Virus record (IMG/VR): IMGVR_UViG_3300046474_000239
Span: 32,001-96,000 of that record
From: a virus
DNA length: 64,000 nt
Direction: 5' to 3' (one strand)
The notes under the pieces are model-generated. The model made no database searches. It was not told where the DNA came from and saw nothing but the letters and a program-made list of their open reading frames with translations. Position 1 is the stretch's first letter. Every line of letters starts with the position of its first letter. A program made the position numbers and the translations under genes. Positions 37,165 through 47,447 of this stretch are shown one piece after another.

Positions 37165-37521
37165 ATGCAATCAATTGCACCGACGATCAAACTCGAACTC
37201 CTGGCCGACGACATCAGTATCAAAGGCGTCAGGAAGAACCCAGGCGATGTAGTAGAGGTCTCGCGAAGCGCAGCCAAGTCTTTGTTGGCCGCAAAGAAGG
37301 CGGTCATCTGGACCACCGAGCGGGCAGCCAAAAGCGCAGCAACGGCACCAGAAGCGGGAGGTGAGGCAGAGGCCGAGCCAGACCACGAGCACCAAGAACC
37401 TCTGGACGAGGCGGGCGGTGCCGATTACAGTGCCGAAGTACCCGCAGTTCAAGAACCTGTCGAGGCGGAGAGTGTGGCTCCGGCAGGACGAGCAGCCAAA
37501 CGCATCCAACGGACCAAATAG
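37165..37521 (+). CDS. hypothetical protein whose start codon lies inside a palindrome copy
   Basis: GGAGG RBS, then ATGCAATCAATTGCAC (MQSIAP). Confidence 0.7.
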   Translation: MQSIAPTIKLELLADDISIKGVRKNPGDVVEVSRSAAKSLLAAKKAVIWTTERAAKSAATAPEAGGEAEAEPDHEHQEPLDEAGGADYSAEVPAVQEPVEAESVAPAGRAAKRIQRTK

Positions 37522-37533
37522 TAGGGGTGGATC

Positions 37534-38094
37534 ATGACCGACACACAAGCAGAGATGAGTCCAGAAATGGCTCAAGAGTTGAACGTAACCGCAACCTTGA
37601 TCAACGCGGTGCACGAACTCTTCGGCGATGACCGGGCGGACTGCCCGATACCCTCCCTGGGCAATCGGATGGTGAAGTTCAAGGCAGCTAAGTTCAAGCA
37701 CCTGGAAGAGATCAGCGAATTAGTCTTCTCCATGATCGCCGGATTCAGCGGCAGCGAACTGAACAAGATCGTCTCTACCGTGTCGGCTGAGCAGGAAGCC
37801 AAGATTGCAGCGGGCGACAGCCCCTACGCCCTGGACACCTCTCGACTGGTTCGCGATGCGGCAGGCCCGGACGGGGCGGTCTACATGAAGCTTATGTCCG
37901 GGTGCCTGCGCACCTTGCCGAAACTGGCGCCTATGTTTACCGACCTGACCGCTGAAGAGTTTGGCGAGCTGGACGCAGACGAAGCGATGATCGTGGCGTT
38001 CGGGATCTTCCAGCGAAACTACGCTTTTTTTACCCAACGCTTGCTCCCCGTAATAGCCGCCTTTATCGCCCAGCAAAAACGCCGGACGAAGTAA
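37534..38094 (+). CDS. tail assembly chaperone (gpG-like)
   Basis: Between tail tube and tape measure; slippery T TTT TTT at 38025-38031. Confidence 0.8.
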   Translation: MTDTQAEMSPEMAQELNVTATLINAVHELFGDDRADCPIPSLGNRMVKFKAAKFKHLEEISELVFSMIAGFSGSELNKIVSTVSAEQEAKIAAGDSPYALDTSRLVRDAAGPDGAVYMKLMSGCLRTLPKLAPMFTDLTAEEFGELDADEAMIVAFGIFQRNYAFFTQRLLPVIAAFIAQQKRRTK

Positions 38095-38450
38095 GAGACG
38101 ACAAGCGCAAGCAGGCCAAAGCTGAATCGGAAAAGCGCAAGGGGAAAGTGAAAGGAAAGCCCGAGCGCTACCGAGGCATAGGGCCACGATGGGTTGAATA
38201 CGCAGTGACTAAGCTTACAAAGAACGGTCACCTGTTCCGTGAGATACCAGACTACAGCCTCCAGCAGGTAACGATGCTCCTGGATGGGATTGAGAAGGAC
38301 GAGGCTGCAACGCGGTCGGCAACCCTCATGGACCTGGGTGTAACTATCTCAGGAGTCTTGGGCGGATCAACAGCCTTTGCCGAGCACCTCGAAGAAATTG
38401 ACGACAGCCGATTCGAGGTGATTGATCATGGCGAACGAAAGCAACATTGA
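38025..38450 (+). CDS. tail assembly chaperone -1 frameshift extension (gpGT-like)
   Basis: The -1 frame is open from the T7 run through ORF 38148..38450. Confidence 0.75.
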   Translation, partial: FFYPTLAPRNSRLYRPAKTPDEVRDDKRKQAKAESEKRKGKVKGKPERYRGIGPRWVEYAVTKLTKNGHLFREIPDYSLQQVTMLLDGIEKDEAATRSATLMDLGVTISGVLGGSTAFAEHLEEIDDSRFEVIDHGERKQH

Positions 38451-41400
38451 CGTAAATGTCCGGGCCACGGACGGGCTAACGCCCCAACTGGCCCAGATGG
38501 AATCCAAGCTGATTCGCTTTGTGGGCGCCGTCTCTTCGGCATTTACCGCCCTCAAGGTGGTCGGCTTTCCTGTTACTGCCGTACGCCAGTTTGAAGCGCA
38601 GATGGCGGCGGTCCAGAAGACCACCAACTTCACCGACACCCAGATCCGTAACCTGGGTGATTCGCTTGTCGACCTTTCCCGCAAGATCAACGTCTCTGCC
38701 GTAGACCTGGCCAAGATCGCTTCGGCGGCAGGGCAACAGGGCTTGGGCAAAGAGGGTGTGGAGGGTATTCGCCAGTTCACTGAGTCCGTCTCCCGGATGG
38801 CCTCGGTACTGGACCTGACAGCCGAACAAGCGGGCGCCTCGGTCGGTAAGATCGCATCTATCTTCAAGGTGAGCCTCCGGGACATCGAAGGGGTGTCGTC
38901 CGCATTCAACCAGGTATCCAACAACTCCACCGCGACGGGCGAACAGCTCCTGGACGTAGTGAAGCGGATCGGTAACGCAGCGGGCTCGATCAACCTCCAG
39001 CAGTCCATCGGCCTCGCCGCTACCGGCCTTGACCTCGGTCAGTCGCCTGAAGTCGTGGGCACCTCCTACGCCAAGATCTTTTCGGAGATGTTCAGCCAGG
39101 CTGACAAGTTCGCGAAGCTCCTGGGTATGACGGTGAAGGACTACGTCGCTGACCTGTCTAAGGATGGTATCGGGACCTACAAGAAGTACCTGGCCGCCCT
39201 GCGCACCCTGAAGCCCGATCAGCAACAGAAAGCCATCAAGACCATGTCGGGCGGTGGTCGTATCGGCGTGCTCGTAACCAAAGGCATCCAGGACACCGAC
39301 AACGCAGTACTGGACAAGAACCTGCGTAACGCCGAGGAAGGTCGTGCGTCTGGTACGTCCGCGATCAAAGAACAGTTGACCGTACTCAAGACCCTGGACG
39401 CGCAGATCGCTGAGCTGGGTAACAGCTTCCAGGCACTGGGCATCAAATCTGGTGAAGTCTTCGGCCCACGACTGACCGGCTACATCGGCCAACTAAAGGT
39501 TGCCCTGGCGGACCCTGCGATCATCCACTTTGCTGAGGATGTAGGTAAGACGTTCCTGGACCTGTTCAACTCCATCGCGAAGGGTGTGAAGTACGTCGCC
39601 AGCCTGAACATCAACTGGGAGAACTTTGTCACCGTGGCCAAGGTGATCCTGGAGCTGAAGCTGGCCCAGTGGATCATGTCGTCCCTTAGCACCCTGCCAC
39701 TCCTCGGCACGGCAATGACCAAGCTTGGCCTTGACGCCGTGAGAGCGGGCGAGCAGCAAGTAGCTGGGTCGGCCGCAGCTAACACCGCCATCCAGAACCA
39801 GGTAGCCCGGATCAAGGAACTCCTCGCAGCGCGCACCGCCTATGGTGAAGCCAACGCCAAACTGACTGCCGCAGAGATTGCCCAGTCGAAGGCCCTGGAG
39901 AACCAGAAGAAAGCTGAAGCGGCGAACCTGGTTGCGGCTAACGCACTCAAGCTGAACACAGGGCTCGCCCGTACGAATATCGCGGGCGCGAGCGCCGGTA
40001 TCACTGCGGCGAAGTCCGGGGTGGCGAGTGCTGAGGCAAGTGCCCTTGCGGCCAACGCAGCAGCACGCGATCAGTTGAATAACAAGATCGCAGCCGCTGA
40101 AGTACGGCACCAGGCCCGCCTTGCACAGATCGTTGCTGAGGGTGAGGCTGCTCGGGCGGAGGCTCGTGCTGCGGGTAGCAAACTAGGCGTGGCTGCAATC
40201 AACGGCGCCGTAGCTGAGATGACTGCGGCGGAGGTCACGTTCCAGACCCGGTCCCTGGCTTCGCTGAACGCCTACCACACCAAACGCATCGCGGCCATTG
40301 AAGCATCGGGAGCGGCGGAGGTAGTTGCACGTAAGGTCGCCCTCATGGCCTCCCTTACCCAGTTCGACACAGTAGCGAAAGGCACAGGCTTCGGCGTACT
40401 GACCGTAGGTGCCCAGAAGGCTGCTATCGCCCTGGCCAACGCGGACCGAGAAGTAGTGCGTACCACGGCTGCGTTGACTCTGGCCCAGCGGGCGGCGGCT
40501 GTAGCAGCAACCGGCTTCACTGCCCTGGGTACTGCGGTCAAGCTGATCGGCAACGCCTTCGGACTGTTCATCAGCATTGCTGGTAAAGCATTCTTCTGGA
40601 TCACGATCATCTACACCGCGCTCGATGCGTTCGGCCTACTCGATAACGTGAACGGCACGTTGCAGAAGATGACCGACTGGCTGGGTCTGACCTCGGAAGC
40701 ACAGCGCAAGAACGCTGAGGCTGCCAAGCAGGCTACCGACGAGCAAGAGAAGTACAACAAGAAGCTGAACGAAAGTATCGAGGTGATGCAGAAGTTCATC
40801 GACAAACGTACTGGCCTGTTTGCTGGGGGCTCACTGGAAACGCTGAAGCTGAACCTGGGCAGCGCTGACGCCAACACCGCAGACGGTGCCCGTGACCAGC
40901 TCAAGACGATGGTGGCCGGTGCGTACGCTGACCTGGAGAAAGCAGGCAAGACGCAAAGCGCGCTGCCTGGCCTGGCCGAGAACACCAAAGCCGAGCTGGA
41001 CAAGACTGAGGCGGCTATCGCTGCGGGTAACAAACGCATTGAAGAACTGCGAGCACAGCAGGCCGGTAACGCGGGTTCCCGCTTCGGTGGCGTGGTGCAG
41101 GCTGGCCAGATTTCCCAGACCCAGACCCAGGTGGCGGCGCTTGAGACCTTGGCTATCCGCCTGCGCGGTCAACTGATAAACATCGGCCCAGAAGCGGCTA
41201 AGGCAACGGACGGGGCGGTACAGACCACCACCAAGAACCTGGAGACCCTGAAGGCCTACGTCACTGATGCGTTCTCGCCGCAGTCGGCCGAGGCCTACAC
41301 GAAGTTCGTGCCGTCGTACCTGACTGCCATCGACAACGTGAAGGCTGCAACCGAGGAGGCGCAGAAAGCGGCGGAGACCTATACCAACTCCCGTGGCACA

Positions 41401-43608
41401 GCATCCGAGGCAGCGAACAAAGAGATCGCATCGGCGGCTATCGCTTCCCTGGATGCAGCCAACCGCGTGAAGGACCAGGTAGAGAAGGACCTGAACCTCT
41501 ACATCAATCAGCTCAAGGCATCGGGTGGTTTGAGTGAGGCCGTGGTCGGCTCCCTGGATCGTCTGCCGGATTGGTTGCGCTCGTCTGAACCACAACTGCG
41601 CGGCATCCTACGGATCATCCAGGAGATCGCGGGTACGGCTCCTGCTACCGCCCCGAACTTCCGTACGCCAGGCAAGAACGCCACAGGCAAAGGCTTCGGC
41701 AACTTCACCGGTAACCTGGCGGGTATTTCTGCGCCTGACGTATCCGGCGATGGTGATGCACCGAAGACCGATACCGGTGGCGAAGCCCGTGCGCTGTCCA
41801 AGGCCCGCGTCGACTTGATCCGGGCGGGTCTGCAAGCGGAGGCCAACCTATCCAAGCAGCACATCACCGAGCAGCAGGCTGCCCTGGAGAACGCCAACAA
41901 GCTGCAACTCAAGTCGATCCGTGATTACTTCGCGCAGCGTCTGACGCTGAACCAGGCGAACAACGACATCGAGCAGAAGTTGAAGCGCGATGAAATTGCT
42001 GCCCTGGGTAAAGAGCAGGGTGAGGCCGACAAAGAGTCGTCGCGTGTCCGCATCCAAGGCCAGATCGTTAAGGCCCAGGGTGAACTTGACCTACTGGTAC
42101 AGCAGCGCCGTGCCCTGACCGACACGAACAACCGGGACCAGGCAGACGCTGTCCGCGAGTTCAGCGACAAGGTGCACAACCAGCAATCCGAACTGGTGGA
42201 CTTTTTTGGCGCAACGACGGACACCGAAGCGTTCCAGACTGCACTCCAGTCGGGTGAGGACGCCTACCGCGACTTCATCCAGAAATTGAAGTCTGAGTCG
42301 GCTGATAACCCCGCGCTGCTGAAGATCATTGATCAGGTAGAGCTGAAGAAGCAGTTCGACGCTGTCGACGCAGCGCTGGGCCATATTCAACGTGTGGCGG
42401 CCATCTCGCAGACCCAGTTCGACCAGGTTAGCCAGAACGTAGCCAACATGCTGGAGAACGGTCAGATCACCCAGATTCAGGCATCCGGCATGTACGCGGA
42501 GATCCGCACGCAAGTCGTGGCCGTGAAGGAGGCGGAGCTGGCCCGCAGCGAGGCGCAACTTGCACAGCTCTACGACGCTAACAAAACGCTGGAAGAGCAG
42601 AGCATTAAGTACAAGGAATTGGCCCTGACCATCTCGGGCTCGAAGATCACCATTGACCAGTTGAAGGTGCAAGCCAACGACACGGCCAAGGAGATCAACA
42701 CCGGCTTGAAGGGCTCACTATCCGGCCTGTTCACCGACCTGTCTTCGGGCGAGGGTGTACAGAACGCGCTGGATAACTTCGCGCTCAACGTTGTGAACTC
42801 GATTGCTAAGGTGGCAGCAGACGGTCTGTCTGAAACCATCATGGGTGCAATGGGCGGCATGGCGGGCGGTGTCGGCGGCTTCTTCTCCAGCCTGTTTGGT
42901 GGTGGCGGCGAAGGGCTAGACACCAAGGGCACCGAGCTGAACCCTATGGTCGTGAAGCAGGCCACGCTTGACCCGTTAGGTAATGTTAAGGACGCGCTGA
43001 GTCCTGAAGACGGCATCATCTCCAAAGGACTGGACGCAGTGACGGGTGGAGTCAAGAGCCTCGGCGGCACCCTGATGGGCGGCCTGGACTCGGTTACCAG
43101 CGGGGTCGGGGGATTCTTCACCGATGGCATCAACGGCTTGATGAGCTTTATCAGCCCGCTCTTCAGTGCACTGATCGCAGCAGTCTTCGCGGCACCACAA
43201 GCGGCAGCGGCAACGGAGGGGGTATCGAAAGGCTTCGGGGCAGCAGCAGCAGCAGTACTGGCGCACAGTGGCGGTATCGCAGGGCACTTGACCATGAGCC
43301 GTAACGGTATGGGTGGTCTGGGTAACGCGACCTACTACCACACGGGCGGCGAGGTAGGTCTCAAGCCTGACGAGGTGTCTGCCGTACTGCGCAAAGGTGA
43401 GGAGGTCATCACCGCAGACGATCCACGTCACCGAAACAACCTGGGCAAAGGCAACAAGGAAACCGGCGATGCCGGGCGCAGCGTCCGGGTTGTACCAGTG
43501 CTTGACCCGTCGTCGATCCACGAGGCCATCTCCAGCTCCCAGGGAGAAGATGTTATCGTCGCGGTCATGAAGCGTAAGGCAAGTGTTCTTCGGCAAATTC
43601 TGAAATAA
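38428..43608 (+). CDS. tape measure protein
   Basis: About 1726 aa, Ala-rich helical; TP901-like N-terminal FE..MA.V.K; C-terminal HTGGEVGL.PDEV.AVL..GE. Confidence 0.95.
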   Translation: MANESNIDVNVRATDGLTPQLAQMESKLIRFVGAVSSAFTALKVVGFPVTAVRQFEAQMAAVQKTTNFTDTQIRNLGDSLVDLSRKINVSAVDLAKIASAAGQQGLGKEGVEGIRQFTESVSRMASVLDLTAEQAGASVGKIASIFKVSLRDIEGVSSAFNQVSNNSTATGEQLLDVVKRIGNAAGSINLQQSIGLAATGLDLGQSPEVVGTSYAKIFSEMFSQADKFAKLLGMTVKDYVADLSKDGIGTYKKYLAALRTLKPDQQQKAIKTMSGGGRIGVLVTKGIQDTDNAVLDKNLRNAEEGRASGTSAIKEQLTVLKTLDAQIAELGNSFQALGIKSGEVFGPRLTGYIGQLKVALADPAIIHFAEDVGKTFLDLFNSIAKGVKYVASLNINWENFVTVAKVILELKLAQWIMSSLSTLPLLGTAMTKLGLDAVRAGEQQVAGSAAANTAIQNQVARIKELLAARTAYGEANAKLTAAEIAQSKALENQKKAEAANLVAANALKLNTGLARTNIAGASAGITAAKSGVASAEASALAANAAARDQLNNKIAAAEVRHQARLAQIVAEGEAARAEARAAGSKLGVAAINGAVAEMTAAEVTFQTRSLASLNAYHTKRIAAIEASGAAEVVARKVALMASLTQFDTVAKGTGFGVLTVGAQKAAIALANADREVVRTTAALTLAQRAAAVAATGFTALGTAVKLIGNAFGLFISIAGKAFFWITIIYTALDAFGLLDNVNGTLQKMTDWLGLTSEAQRKNAEAAKQATDEQEKYNKKLNESIEVMQKFIDKRTGLFAGGSLETLKLNLGSADANTADGARDQLKTMVAGAYADLEKAGKTQSALPGLAENTKAELDKTEAAIAAGNKRIEELRAQQAGNAGSRFGGVVQAGQISQTQTQVAALETLAIRLRGQLINIGPEAAKATDGAVQTTTKNLETLKAYVTDAFSPQSAEAYTKFVPSYLTAIDNVKAATEEAQKAAETYTNSRGTASEAANKEIASAAIASLDAANRVKDQVEKDLNLYINQLKASGGLSEAVVGSLDRLPDWLRSSEPQLRGILRIIQEIAGTAPATAPNFRTPGKNATGKGFGNFTGNLAGISAPDVSGDGDAPKTDTGGEARALSKARVDLIRAGLQAEANLSKQHITEQQAALENANKLQLKSIRDYFAQRLTLNQANNDIEQKLKRDEIAALGKEQGEADKESSRVRIQGQIVKAQGELDLLVQQRRALTDTNNRDQADAVREFSDKVHNQQSELVDFFGATTDTEAFQTALQSGEDAYRDFIQKLKSESADNPALLKIIDQVELKKQFDAVDAALGHIQRVAAISQTQFDQVSQNVANMLENGQITQIQASGMYAEIRTQVVAVKEAELARSEAQLAQLYDANKTLEEQSIKYKELALTISGSKITIDQLKVQANDTAKEINTGLKGSLSGLFTDLSSGEGVQNALDNFALNVVNSIAKVAADGLSETIMGAMGGMAGGVGGFFSSLFGGGGEGLDTKGTELNPMVVKQATLDPLGNVKDALSPEDGIISKGLDAVTGGVKSLGGTLMGGLDSVTSGVGGFFTDGINGLMSFISPLFSALIAAVFAAPQAAAATEGVSKGFGAAAAAVLAHSGGIAGHLTMSRNGMGGLGNATYYHTGGEVGLKPDEVSAVLRKGEEVITADDPRHRNNLGKGNKETGDAGRSVRVVPVLDPSSIHEAISSSQGEDVIVAVMKRKASVLRQILK

Positions 43609-43619
43609 GGGGAAGCATC

Positions 43620-46139
43620 ATGACCATCAAGCTTTGGCCGTTCCGCCCAGACTGGGAAGGCGGCGTTCTGGAGAGACTGGAATGGCTGACGGATGTCATG
43701 GCAAGCACAAAGGGGGCGGAGCAACGCCGCCCCCAGCGGCTCACGCCACGCAAGACCTTGGAGGTGACCTTCCTGCCGCACGGTCGCGGGCGGTCTGTCT
43801 TCGACCTCTACGTCATGCAGAAGGGCAATGACGATTGGTACATCCCACTCTGGTATGACGTGGGTGTCCTTCGACAGCCTGTCGCGATAGACGCCGGGGT
43901 GGTCATGACCGACGTAACCTTCCGCGAGTTCACGTTAAACGGCCTGGCGGTCATCCGCACGGCGCCGTCTGCCGACGACGAAAGCACGACGTTCACTTAC
44001 GAGATCGTGAAGGTCCTGGGGCGCAGCTCAGGCAGTCTTCTGGTACAGCGTGCCCAGGAAGGTACGACAGCGCGAGTCTGGGGAAAGGGGTCTGAGATCT
44101 ACCCGCTCCGCAAGGCAAGATTCACGGACCAACCGAAGGCCGACATCGTGGCCGCGTCGGTACACTCCACGCAGATGTCTTTTACGATCACCGAGCCGAA
44201 CGAGTGGCAAGGCGTAAGCCAAACCGCAGGGTACGGGGCGGCGTATAGCCAGAGCTGGGCGATGAGCGCTGACGTGTCACCCCTTACGCCGATGGCCAAC
44301 CTGGGGCGTGTACGGGCGCCAGAAAACCTACCTCTGTTTGAGGGGTTCCGCGTACTCACCATCAAGCCGGACTACGCACAAGACATGTCCATCGCCTACG
44401 ACCGGGTGCTGAACGAGCTGGATAACGGCAACGGCATTCCAAGGTCCTCGGATACCCTGGGCTTCGCCGTGCCTACCCAGCGACACACCTGGTTCATCCA
44501 AGGCCGAGAAGACGCCGCCAACCTCCGCACGCTGTTGTACTGGCTGCGCGGCAAGGTGCGTCCGTTGTGGGTGCCTACGTTCAACGACGACGTGCAATTG
44601 ATTGCACCGGCCGCCTCGGGTGCGATGTATGTGGACATTCAGGACATTGGCTTCGTCGAGCTGGGCGGAGGCATTGGTCGTCAGGTACTGGCGATCAACC
44701 TCAACGACAACTCCTGGATCTTCCGCAGGGTAGTAAGCGCGGTGGTCGGGGCTGGCTTCGAGCGACTTGAATTGTCGGAGGCCCTGCCGCAGGCGCTGAA
44801 CCTGGAGGACATTTATAAGATCAGCTTCATGGCGGTAAACCGACTGGCGCAGGACACCGTAGAGATCAACCACGTCACGGACCTCGAAGGTCTGACCAAG
44901 GTAGTGACCACGTTCCGAGCTTCGCCCGACTTGCGCCAGTATCTGCCGTGGACCGCCAAGATCCCGTCCGCGCCTGCATCCTGCCCTAAGACGTGCGAAG
45001 GCATGACGCGGGTGGACGACTTCATGAACTTCGGTCTCCCCAACTTCTCGTGGTCCGCAGAAGCCTGCCTGACGACGGCCAAGGGTGCGTACATGCGCTA
45101 CAAGCTGGCGTACTCGCAGACCTTCGTCTCCTGGTACGACACGGAGATCACGGACAACGCCCTCTACCTGGCGGCGGACTTGGCGAACCGGGACTACTGG
45201 ACGGCGCATGCCGGGTGGGTCTACGACCAAACAGCGGACAGTGCCTTTTACGAAGCGCAGAAAGTGTTGTACTGGTCCCATACCAGAGTGGAGGGGCAGC
45301 AGTGGATCTCCGATAACTTGCCGCTTGGCGTTGCCGTGTACGCGGCCAGTCTCAGCGATGCTGCCTTCCAGGAGTACTACGTGAAGCAGCGGGCGCAGAA
45401 GGACTTCGAGGTCTACACCCACGACACCGAGTTGCTCATGGCCTGCCACCCTCGCCGCTGGCTGCCTATGGCCAAGATGGAGACAGTGCCCGCCACCTGC
45501 GAAGGCGGCATGCTGGGGACCTTCTGTATGCAGTCCATGTGGTCGGTAGAGGAAGGGAGGACCTACCCCAACCAAACGCGAGGGGCGGCCACGCTGTATA
45601 CAGCCGGGGTGGTCGAGAGACTCCAGGGAGTAGACCCAGGCACCTGGCCTACATCGTTAGCCTCGCAGCAAGGTATCTATTACCGCATGGTGGGCGCACC
45701 GCTCAGCACTAACGGGGTGTACCGCAACTGCGGGTGCATACCTCTACAGTTCGAGGAGAACCACCAGCGCCTGTCTGCCCCTACAAGTGGTATTGAGGAC
45801 CCGACCTGGGTGCAGTGGTTTCACTACTCCCAGATAGCGCTGCTTACTCCAGACGCTTGGCCGACCGAGATCCGGGTGCTAGTGTACGACTCTCTTTCCA
45901 GTGTTCTTTTGCGCACCATGGACATCACCATCGAGAACTTCGAGGTGACCGCCAAGGCGGACGAGTACCACGCCCTGTCTGGGGATGATGATTACACCGC
46001 AAACCTCGTCGTCTTCCGGGAGATGTACAACCGAGAAGCGGATGGACAGACCACCTTCCACCCAGACCCGTGGGATGGTGCCTGGAACCTGGTTCCGGTG
46101 GCGGTCGACGGGATCAAAGTAGAAATTTACGCACGATAG
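43620..46139 (+). CDS. distal tail / baseplate protein with a long C-terminal extension
   Basis: PDW..GV.E.LEWLTDV....G.EQR N-terminus; follows the tape measure gene. Confidence 0.75.
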   Translation: MTIKLWPFRPDWEGGVLERLEWLTDVMASTKGAEQRRPQRLTPRKTLEVTFLPHGRGRSVFDLYVMQKGNDDWYIPLWYDVGVLRQPVAIDAGVVMTDVTFREFTLNGLAVIRTAPSADDESTTFTYEIVKVLGRSSGSLLVQRAQEGTTARVWGKGSEIYPLRKARFTDQPKADIVAASVHSTQMSFTITEPNEWQGVSQTAGYGAAYSQSWAMSADVSPLTPMANLGRVRAPENLPLFEGFRVLTIKPDYAQDMSIAYDRVLNELDNGNGIPRSSDTLGFAVPTQRHTWFIQGREDAANLRTLLYWLRGKVRPLWVPTFNDDVQLIAPAASGAMYVDIQDIGFVELGGGIGRQVLAINLNDNSWIFRRVVSAVVGAGFERLELSEALPQALNLEDIYKISFMAVNRLAQDTVEINHVTDLEGLTKVVTTFRASPDLRQYLPWTAKIPSAPASCPKTCEGMTRVDDFMNFGLPNFSWSAEACLTTAKGAYMRYKLAYSQTFVSWYDTEITDNALYLAADLANRDYWTAHAGWVYDQTADSAFYEAQKVLYWSHTRVEGQQWISDNLPLGVAVYAASLSDAAFQEYYVKQRAQKDFEVYTHDTELLMACHPRRWLPMAKMETVPATCEGGMLGTFCMQSMWSVEEGRTYPNQTRGAATLYTAGVVERLQGVDPGTWPTSLASQQGIYYRMVGAPLSTNGVYRNCGCIPLQFEENHQRLSAPTSGIEDPTWVQWFHYSQIALLTPDAWPTEIRVLVYDSLSSVLLRTMDITIENFEVTAKADEYHALSGDDDYTANLVVFREMYNREADGQTTFHPDPWDGAWNLVPVAVDGIKVEIYAR

Positions 46140-46150
46140 GAGCGGTAGCT

Positions 46151-46978
46151 ATGCCTTTACCTTCCAGCTACGCCGAGATGACAAACTACGAGGGGCGGCC
46201 GGTACAGCTCTTCGACTTCAACCGTGGCTCCATCCATTGGCGGTATGCGCGGGCGGACCAGGACATCACCTTCAACGGCGACCTGTACGTAGCCCTGCCC
46301 GGCATCAGCGAAACAGGGGTGCAGCAAAACTCTGGCGCCAGCGACAACGACCTGTCCATCACCGTACCCAGTGACTCGGACATCGCGCAGCTCTACGTGA
46401 CGAACACGCCTAGTGACCGGATGTACATCACTATCTGGGTTTTCGATGTAGACAGTGCGGATCGCGGTCGTCTGTACTGGAAGGGCTCCGTGGCAGGTAG
46501 ATCCGCAGGCGACAACGGTGCAGCGAGGCTGAACTGCCAGGACCTGGCTGTAGGCTTCTCCCGCTCCGGTCTTCGGCTGTCCTGGGAGCGGGGCTGCCCG
46601 CACACGCTGTACGACGAACAGTGCCGAGTAGACCGTACGCTGTACGCGGTGCACGACACGCTACTGGCCACAGGCGTGGTCCTTCAGGCCGCAGCGCTGG
46701 ACGCCTTCACGGATGGCTGGTTCGCGGGCGGGTACTGCGAATGGGAGATCGCCACTGGGGTTTTCCAGCGCCGAGGTATCGAGAGCCACACAGGCTCCCA
46801 GGTTACCGTGGTAGGCAGTACGGGCGGGCTGAACGTCGGAGATCCTGTAACCTTCTACCCAGGCTGTGCCCATACCAAAACCACTTGTAATTCCAAGTTC
46901 GGCAACCATCTGAACTTCGGGGGGTTCGAGTACATGAGAGGTACATCGCCTTTCGACGGCACGCCCGTGTTTAACTGA
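46151..46978 (+). CDS. DUF2163/BR0599-family minor tail (hub) protein
   Basis: CPHTLYD..C...PGC......C..KFGN..NFGGF Cys pattern. Confidence 0.88.
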   Translation: MPLPSSYAEMTNYEGRPVQLFDFNRGSIHWRYARADQDITFNGDLYVALPGISETGVQQNSGASDNDLSITVPSDSDIAQLYVTNTPSDRMYITIWVFDVDSADRGRLYWKGSVAGRSAGDNGAARLNCQDLAVGFSRSGLRLSWERGCPHTLYDEQCRVDRTLYAVHDTLLATGVVLQAAALDAFTDGWFAGGYCEWEIATGVFQRRGIESHTGSQVTVVGSTGGLNVGDPVTFYPGCAHTKTTCNSKFGNHLNFGGFEYMRGTSPFDGTPVFN

Positions 46979-46988
46979 GGAACCTATC

Positions 46989-47225
46989 ATGCAAATCCTT
47001 TACTACGTCGCGGTGCTCGTCATCAGCTACTTCGTCGGCCAGGCCATGGCGACCAAGCCAAAGAAACCGAAGCCTGCTGCGATTGAGGACTTTGAGTTTC
47101 CGCAGTACGACGAAGGCACTCCGCAGTGCGTGTTCTGGGGAGATTGCTGGACCGAAGACTGGATGGTTCTGGACTACGGCAACTACCGCACCAAGAAGGT
47201 CAAATCGAAGAGTGGTAAAAAGTGA
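46989..47225 (+). CDS. small tail-tip protein
   Basis: N-terminal hydrophobic segment, DFEFP...EGTP...FWG...DYGN. Confidence 0.75.
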   Translation: MQILYYVAVLVISYFVGQAMATKPKKPKPAAIEDFEFPQYDEGTPQCVFWGDCWTEDWMVLDYGNYRTKKVKSKSGKK

Positions 47226-47234
47226 GGTGATGAA

Positions 47235-47447
47235 GTGGACGATCACTCTGATGTACTGGTCGAGATACGCCACATACGTGGCCTTTTTTGTTCCAGGGGT
47301 GCCCGACAACTCGCAGCCCACCTAGGGTTCGACTGGTTCCACTTCCTACAGCACGGCGTTACCGCAGACAAACTAATAGCCACTGGGGATGCACTGGCCA
47401 TCCAATTGGCCCAGGTAGCCATCAAGGAGAAACAAAATGGGCGGTAG
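47235..47447 (+). CDS. small tail assembly protein
   Basis: CSRGAR.....GFDW..FL..G.....L.ATGDA. Confidence 0.75.
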   Translation: MDDHSDVLVEIRHIRGLFCSRGARQLAAHLGFDWFHFLQHGVTADKLIATGDALAIQLAQVAIKEKQNGR

